Shown one piece after another: positions 58,384 to 64,000 of a stretch of 64,000 nucleotides of DNA. The DNA comes from Nitrospirota bacterium. Lineage in GTDB: Bacteria; Nitrospirota; UBA9217. The stretch lies in assembly GCA_035623825.1 (NCBI GenBank), contig DASPSR010000049.1, positions 1 through 64,000 of the forward strand. The letters are read 5' to 3'. The notes beneath the pieces are model-generated. The model saw nothing but the letters and a program-made list of their open reading frames with translations, had not been told where the DNA came from and did no database searches. Both the position numbers and the translations under genes were made by a program. Numbering within the stretch: the stretch's first letter is position 1; every line of letters starts with the position of its first letter.

Positions 58384-58842
58384 ATGCTGACCGCGAAAGA
58401 TATCATGACCAGGGACGTCGTAACGGTTAAACCGGAGACCTCCATAGAGGAACTAGCTTCCCTCCTCATGAAGAATGAGATCAGCGGAGCGCCGGTCCTG
58501 GACGATGCGGGCTCGCTGTTCGGGATCGTGACCGAGAACGATCTCATCAGCCGAAACAAGCGTCTGCACATCCCAACGGTGGTAAGCTTCCTCGACGCAG
58601 CTATCTACATCGAGAGCTCCAGGAAATTCGAGGAGGAAGTGAAGCGCATGGCCGCGACCAAGGTCGGTGATATCTGCATCCGAAAAGTTGTCACGATCAC
58701 AGGAGAAACGACGGTAGTGGACATTGCCACGATCATGGCCGAGAAAAAAGTGCACCTGCTCCCGGTTATCGAGGGGGGCAAGGTCATCGGCATAGTCGGC
58801 AAGCGAGACATGGTCAAAGCCGTCGGACGGCAGGTTGAATGA
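58384..58842 (+). CDS. CBS-domain protein
   Basis: Two CBS repeats (ISGAPV...GIVTEND; LPV...GIVGKRD). Confidence 0.92.
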   Translation: MLTAKDIMTRDVVTVKPETSIEELASLLMKNEISGAPVLDDAGSLFGIVTENDLISRNKRLHIPTVVSFLDAAIYIESSRKFEEEVKRMAATKVGDICIRKVVTITGETTVVDIATIMAEKKVHLLPVIEGGKVIGIVGKRDMVKAVGRQVE

Positions 58843-59339
58843 TGTTCAGCGTGATCACGTCTAGCCCGGAGCAAACCTGGCAGGTTGGCCGAATACTTGG
58901 ATCACGACTCCAATCAGGCGACACGGTCTGCCTATACGGCGATCTCGGTGCAGGCAAGACGAGCTTTTCCTACGGCATCGCGCTGGGGCTTGAAGTGCAT
59001 GATCAGTATATCACCAGTCCGACGTTTACCTTTGTGAACGTGTACAAGGGGCGGGTTCCGTTTTACCATATTGATCTCTACCGTCTCGAAGAACCCGAAG
59101 AGCTAGAGGGAATCGGATTCGAGGAGTATATTGATTCCGACGGCGTGACAGTGATAGAATGGGCCGAGCGCGCGGAGGATGAACTCCCTGCGGAACGGCT
59201 CAGCGTGTATCTCAACTACGTAGATGATCGTAGCCGCGAGATAGGATTCCTGGCCGAAGGGGAAAGGTACGAGAAACTGCTGCATGACTTGAGCAGACAA
59301 TTAGTCGGCAACAGGATTTTTTACACAGAAAAGGGATAG
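58839..59339 (+). CDS. tsaE: tRNA threonylcarbamoyladenosine biosynthesis ATPase
   Basis: GDLGAGKT, SPTF, HIDLYRL and IEW motifs. Confidence 0.96.
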   Translation: MMFSVITSSPEQTWQVGRILGSRLQSGDTVCLYGDLGAGKTSFSYGIALGLEVHDQYITSPTFTFVNVYKGRVPFYHIDLYRLEEPEELEGIGFEEYIDSDGVTVIEWAERAEDELPAERLSVYLNYVDDRSREIGFLAEGERYEKLLHDLSRQLVGNRIFYTEKG

Positions 59340-59442
59340 CGTCATCAGGATAGACCGTTTCAAATGAGGCGGGACGTCGAATAGGTCATGCGGCATGCCG
59401 TCCCTTCTTCGTGATAAAGAACGCTACGGGTGAACTCACGGA

Positions 59443-60294
59443 ATGAAAAAAATCGGTATCATCGCAAAAGATATCCCTGCTGCGCAGAAGGCGGCGAAGA
59501 AGCTGATGGCGTGGCTCTTGTCGCGGGGGAAGAGAGTATTCATTGACAACCAAACCGCTGCGTCCATGAACGTGCAAGGATATGACCGTGCCGAAATCCC
59601 CTCCCTTGTCGAAATGCTGATAATTCTTGGTGGCGACGGGACACTTCTGTCTGCTGCAAGGCATGTGGCCGATGCACATGCCGAAGTCCCCATCTTCGGT
59701 GTGAACCTCGGGAGTCTGGGATTCATGGCTGAGGTCTCGCTCGATGAGCTGTACGACAACCTGGAAAAGGCGATAGCGGGCAAGCTCGAGACCGAGGACC
59801 GGATGATGCTCACAACGAGCGTCCTACGCAGAGGACGGCGTGTAGCACGGTACCGCGTCCTGAACGACGCGGTTATCAACAAAGGTGCCCTCGCGCGCAT
59901 GATGGAGCTTAAAGTATCGGTGAATGGCGGCCACCTTACCACACTTCGATCTGACGGCCTGATTGTCGCAACACCGACGGGTTCGACGGCCTATTCGCTT
60001 TCTGCAGGGGGCCCCATCATCCATCCGACCATCCACTGCTTTGTGGTGACGCCGATATGTCCGCATACGCTCTCCAATCGCCCGATTGCCCTGCCTGATA
60101 GTGTGGTGGTCACCGTGCGCCTGATCTCGCAGAGCGAAGATGTGTCGCTTACACTCGATGGACAGATTGGTTTTTCACTCGAACGGGACGATATCGTTGA
60201 AATAAGGCGGTCCCGGTTCAGGATGAGGCTGATTAAACATCCCTCCAAGGGCTATTACGAAATCCTGCGGACCAAACTGAAGTGGGGAAACTGA
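59443..60294 (+). CDS. nadK: NAD kinase
   Basis: GGDGTLL, LND, DGLIVATPTGSTAYSLSAGGP and PICPH motifs. Confidence 0.97.
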   Translation: MKKIGIIAKDIPAAQKAAKKLMAWLLSRGKRVFIDNQTAASMNVQGYDRAEIPSLVEMLIILGGDGTLLSAARHVADAHAEVPIFGVNLGSLGFMAEVSLDELYDNLEKAIAGKLETEDRMMLTTSVLRRGRRVARYRVLNDAVINKGALARMMELKVSVNGGHLTTLRSDGLIVATPTGSTAYSLSAGGPIIHPTIHCFVVTPICPHTLSNRPIALPDSVVVTVRLISQSEDVSLTLDGQIGFSLERDDIVEIRRSRFRMRLIKHPSKGYYEILRTKLKWGN

Positions 60295-60483
60295 GTAAAG
60301 GCCAAAGCGCAAGTTCCAACATGCACAGCGGATCCCACCGCTATCACGTCATTGAGCACGGACCATAGAAAGAGTGGCCAATCGTCTTTTTTCCGCTGGT
60401 TCGCCTGGTTGTCTTACAAGCTAGCTCCATCTGGCCGATGAAGTTCGGGCTTTCATGTGCGCAGGGAAGATCCGGAGATTGCA

Positions 60484-61263
60484 ATGAATGACATTCAACG
60501 CGAGCTATTAGATATCGTAACACAAGTCAGGACGCATGTTGAGTACTTGAAGGCGCTGGGGGTGGGCTCAATCGAGCAGATCCCTTCCGGGATCGCTTCC
60601 CTGACGGCAGTTGGTATCCCTTATGCGGTGAATGCGCCGCAAACCGCTGCAGCCGCGAGCGAAAATGTACCAGGGTCGGGGAAACCGGCAGAGTCTCGAT
60701 CCGGGGGACTTACGGCCGTCCGTGCTGAACTCGGGGAGTGCACCCGGTGCAAACTTTCCAAGGGGAGAAAGAACATCGTCTTCGGCGAGGGCAACCCGGC
60801 CGCGGTGCTTGTGTTCGTGGGCGAGGGGCCAGGGTATGAGGAAGACCAGCAAGGGAGACCATTCGTGGGTGCGGCCGGACAGCTCCTGACGGACATTATC
60901 GTTAAAGGCATGAAGCTCCGACGCGATGACGTTTACATCTGCAATATTGTAAAATGCAGGCCGCCGGACAACCGGAACCCCGAGCCGGATGAGATAGAGG
61001 CCTGCGAGCCGTTCCTTATCAAGCAGTTCCAGGTGATTAAGCCAAAGTGTATCATCGCCCTCGGCAATGTCGCCGTCAAAACTCTGCTCAAAACCAAAGA
61101 GGGGATCACGTCGCTCCGCGGACGGTGGCATACGTATCAGGGAATCCCGCTCATGCCCACATTTCATCCCGCGTACCTTCTCAGAAATCCGGCGGACAAG
61201 AAACTCGTTTGGGAAGATATTAAGAAAGTCATCGCGAAGATGGAGAGTGCGCAGAAGGGATGA
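60484..61263 (+). CDS. Family-4 uracil-DNA glycosylase (Fe-S)
   Basis: CTRCKL, GEGPG, PFVG, KCRPPDNR and HPAYLLR motifs. Confidence 0.93.
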   Translation: MNDIQRELLDIVTQVRTHVEYLKALGVGSIEQIPSGIASLTAVGIPYAVNAPQTAAAASENVPGSGKPAESRSGGLTAVRAELGECTRCKLSKGRKNIVFGEGNPAAVLVFVGEGPGYEEDQQGRPFVGAAGQLLTDIIVKGMKLRRDDVYICNIVKCRPPDNRNPEPDEIEACEPFLIKQFQVIKPKCIIALGNVAVKTLLKTKEGITSLRGRWHTYQGIPLMPTFHPAYLLRNPADKKLVWEDIKKVIAKMESAQKG

Positions 61264-61570
61264 AGCGGATCTTGCGTTACTGGCGGCGGAAGGCAGATCT
61301 ATGAAGATGCCAATCTGTCACCCGTATCCCGAATTCTGAATTCTGATATCGAGGATCGTATCTGCGCACTATGGAGGATAGGATGTATCGTGGGTAACTG
61401 TTGGGCCGCAGGCGCCGGATTCCCAGCACACGTGCGCTTCAAGATCGTTCATCACCAGGCGGGCGGCGATACAGTGTCAGCGCGTGATGCCCGACTCGGC
61501 CAACGGCACCTCTGAAAGACTTAGGCTGTACGTTAAAAAAGCTCAAAGAAAATACCGAAAGCGAATTTTG

Positions 61571-61687
61571 GGATTCAGATGCACGCAGAAGAAGCGGATT
61601 TACGGGAAATGCGCAGGCCGCTGCGACATAGCAAATCACGGTTCCCCATGAACATCATCCGCTTTCGTCTGCCCAAATCTGTGGTCC
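61571..61687. repeat. Imperfect long inverted repeat (REP-like) upstream of mutS
   Basis: Left arm GGATTCAGATGCACGCAGAAGAAGCGGAT; reverse complement of the right arm GGACCACAGATTTGGGCAGACGAAAGCGGAT. Confidence 0.55.
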
Positions 61688-61706
61688 GGTGATTTCCCCA
61701 TATTTC

Positions 61707-64000
61707 ATGGATGACTTGACTCCTCTAATGAAGCAGTACCGCGAGATCAAACGCCAGCACCTTGACGCGATTCTGCTTTTCCGCATGGGCGATTTTTACG
61801 AGATGTTCGACCAGGACGCGGTGACCGCGTCAAAGGTTCTCGAGATAACGCTTACTGCACGCAACAGATCCAAGGGCATCGAGACGCCGCTCTGCGGGTT
61901 CCCGTATCATGCAGCAGAAGGCTATATCGCTAAGCTCATCCGGCGGGGATTTAAAGTCGCGGTCTGCGAACAGGTGGAGGACCCCAAACTCGCGAAGGGC
62001 ATAGTGAAACGAGAGGTGATCCGCGTAGTAACGCCGGGAACGGTGCTCGACTCGAACCTGCTCGATGCGAAGGATAACAATTACCTCGCCTCCCTCTGTC
62101 CGGCGAAGGAAGGTTACGGACTTGCATTTCTCGATATTTCAACGGGAGACTTCTTCGTTGCCCAAATAGACGGGACCGGCAATTTCGCGGAACTGGATAC
62201 TATGCTGGCACGGTTTACTCCCCGTGAGATCGTACTGCCCAGGGGTTATCAGATCGATACAGGGCTTTCGAGCCTGCTTCGGCAATACACGCAGGCGATT
62301 AACACGCACGACGAGTGGACGTTCGACTGGCAGACCGCCAATCGTGCTCTTCTCGACCATTTCAAGACTGCCTCACTTGAAGGATTCGGCTGCAGTGGCA
62401 TGAAGATCGGCATCTCCGCTGCGGGTGCGGCGCTCCGGTATATTGAGGAGACACAGAAGACCAGTCTCGAGAACATTCGCAGGATAAAACCCTTTCTCAC
62501 GCAATCGTACATGGTTCTTGATCCGTCATGTCAGAGAACTCTTGAACTGGTCAAGAACATCTACGACGGCTCCTTAAAAGGAACGCTTCTTTCTGTCCTT
62601 GATTTCACTGCCACTTCCATGGGCGGAAGAAAACTGCGTGAATGGCTTCTGAACCCGCTCATGGATGCAGTCGAGATCGAGCGCCGGCATGAGGCAGTGA
62701 CCGAGCTCAGGGAAGGACACCAGCTTCGCGCTGACCTGAGGACTGTCCTCGGCAAGGTGTACGATCTGGAAAGGCTCATAAGCCGGGTGTCACTTGGTGT
62801 GGCAAACGCACGGGATCTGCTCGCACTCAAGCAGTCATTTGCGTCGCTTCCGCAGGTCCGCCAGCTGTTATCCAATTGCAATTCCCGCCTGACATACGCC
62901 TTGACGGAAGAATGGGATGACCTCCGGGAGGTCTTTCAGCGCATCGACAGCGCTATTGCTGATGACCCGCCTTATACCTTGCGGGAAGGAAGGTTGATCA
63001 AAAAGGGGTACAACCGGGAACTGGATGAACTTCGGTCCATTAGCTCCGAAGGCAAGGGATGGATAGCTGGCATCGAACGTCGCGAACGTGAGCGCACGGG
63101 CATCGGTTCGCTCAAGGTGAGCTACAACAAGGTCTTCGGGTACTATATCGAGGTGACGAAGACGAATCTCCAGAATGTACCGCCGGATTATATCCGGAAA
63201 CAGACGCTCGCAAACGCGGAACGGTTTATAACACCGGAACTGAAGGAATATGAGGATAAGGTGCTCGGCGCCGAGGAGAAGATACTCGACATGGAGTACC
63301 GGCTGTTCCAGCAGGTACGGGAATCAGTGGCCGGATCGACCGTAAGAATTCAGGATATGGCGCGGCGGCTTGCCGTTCTCGACTGCCTGGCATCCCTCGC
63401 GGAAGCGGCGGCCAAGAACAATTACACCAGGCCGGCGATCCTCGAAGGAGACACGCTGCGGATCATTGATGGCAGGCATCCTGTAATCGAACAGGTTTCA
63501 GCTGAAGAGCGATTCATCCCGAACGACACAATTCTGGACTGCGAAGAGAATCAACTCGTGATCCTCACCGGGCCGAACATGGCTGGAAAATCTACTTATA
63601 TGCGGCAGGTGGCCATGATCACGATCATGGCGCAGATGGGCAGCCTCGTCCCCGCACGCGAGGCGCAGATAGGCCTCGTGGACAGGATATTCACACGCGT
63701 GGGTGCGTCCGACTTCATCTCCCACGGCCAGAGCACCTTCATGGTTGAGATGAACGAGACCGCAAACATCCTGAATAACGCGACGGATCGCAGCCTCATC
63801 ATCCTCGATGAGATCGGGAGAGGAACGAGTACCTTCGACGGCATCAGCATAGCCTGGGCCGTGGCCGAATATATCCATGCAAAACTCAGGGCCAGGACCC
63901 TTTTTGCCACGCACTACCATGAACTCACCGAACTTGCGCTCACCATGGACCGTGTGAAGAACTACACGGTTGCCATCAAGGAATGGAACGACCAGATCAT
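61707..64000 (+). CDS. mutS: DNA mismatch repair protein MutS (partial, runs off right edge)
   Basis: Not in the ORF track; translated by hand: MDDLTPLMKQY...LLFRMGDFYEMF...TGPNMAGKSTYMRQ...STFMVEM...DEIGRGTST...FATHYHEL. Confidence 0.97.
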   Translation, partial: MDDLTPLMKQYREIKRQHLDAILLFRMGDFYEMFDQDAVTASKVLEITLTARNRSKGIETPLCGFPYHAAEGYIAKLIRRGFKVAVCEQVEDPKLAKGIVKREVIRVVTPGTVLDSNLLDAKDNNYLASLCPAKEGYGLAFLDISTGDFFVAQIDGTGNFAELDTMLARFTPREIVLPRGYQIDTGLSSLLRQYTQAINTHDEWTFDWQTANRALLDHFKTASLEGFGCSGMKIGISAAGAALRYIEETQKTSLENIRRIKPFLTQSYMVLDPSCQRTLELVKNIYDGSLKGTLLSVLDFTATSMGGRKLREWLLNPLMDAVEIERRHEAVTELREGHQLRADLRTVLGKVYDLERLISRVSLGVANARDLLALKQSFASLPQVRQLLSNCNSRLTYALTEEWDDLREVFQRIDSAIADDPPYTLREGRLIKKGYNRELDELRSISSEGKGWIAGIERRERERTGIGSLKVSYNKVFGYYIEVTKTNLQNVPPDYIRKQTLANAERFITPELKEYEDKVLGAEEKILDMEYRLFQQVRESVAGSTVRIQDMARRLAVLDCLASLAEAAAKNNYTRPAILEGDTLRIIDGRHPVIEQVSAEERFIPNDTILDCEENQLVILTGPNMAGKSTYMRQVAMITIMAQMGSLVPAREAQIGLVDRIFTRVGASDFISHGQSTFMVEMNETANILNNATDRSLIILDEIGRGTSTFDGISIAWAVAEYIHAKLRARTLFATHYHELTELALTMDRVKNYTVAIKEWNDQI

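Noticed and set aside
1-64000. CRISPR arrays, tRNA/rRNA genes, IS elements
   Set aside because: No regularly spaced repeats, tRNA-like motifs or transposase ORFs were seen; a tRNAscan/Infernal run would be needed to exclude small RNAs.

Overview
A 64 kb, gene-dense (~55% GC) core-genome window from a diderm bacterium. Gene content and order suggest a Nitrospirota- or Desulfobacterota-like organism (inference only). From left to right it holds: a yceD-rpmF-plsX-fabH operon that continues into an acyl-CoA dehydrogenase and a ferredoxin-fused EtfAB; bioA; degQ; a PIN/TRAM gene; yebC-ruvCAB; queH-spoIID-TPR; an OmpA/MotB-like gene; an aspartate aminotransferase; znuACB; an orphan GAF-PAS sensor; lptCAB-rpoN-hpf-ptsN-hprK-rapZ followed by a complete mannose-class PTS; a cobD-like gene; alr; mlaEFD; galU; lon; thiL; a glycosylation cluster (two GT2 genes, DUF2304, a TMTC-like GT-C); patatin-GDPD-glpD; a divergent folD; pdxJ-acpS-nnr-CBS-tsaE; nadK; udg; and a partial mutS. 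I saw no rRNA, tRNA, CRISPR array or transposase. The best candidate for a new system is an apparently split TMTC-like protein glycosyltransferase. Its membrane catalytic half (47295-48479) sits beside lipid-sugar donor synthesis genes, and its missing last TM helix plus TPR half is a separate gene about 32 kb away (14802-15602). Other notable items are the bifurcating-type Bcd-EtfAB inside the fatty-acid operon, a MlaD with a predicted C-terminal beta-barrel, a FolD lacking the cyclohydrolase residues, and an HprK with altered catalytic motifs. All calls come from recognising motifs by eye; no database searches were run.
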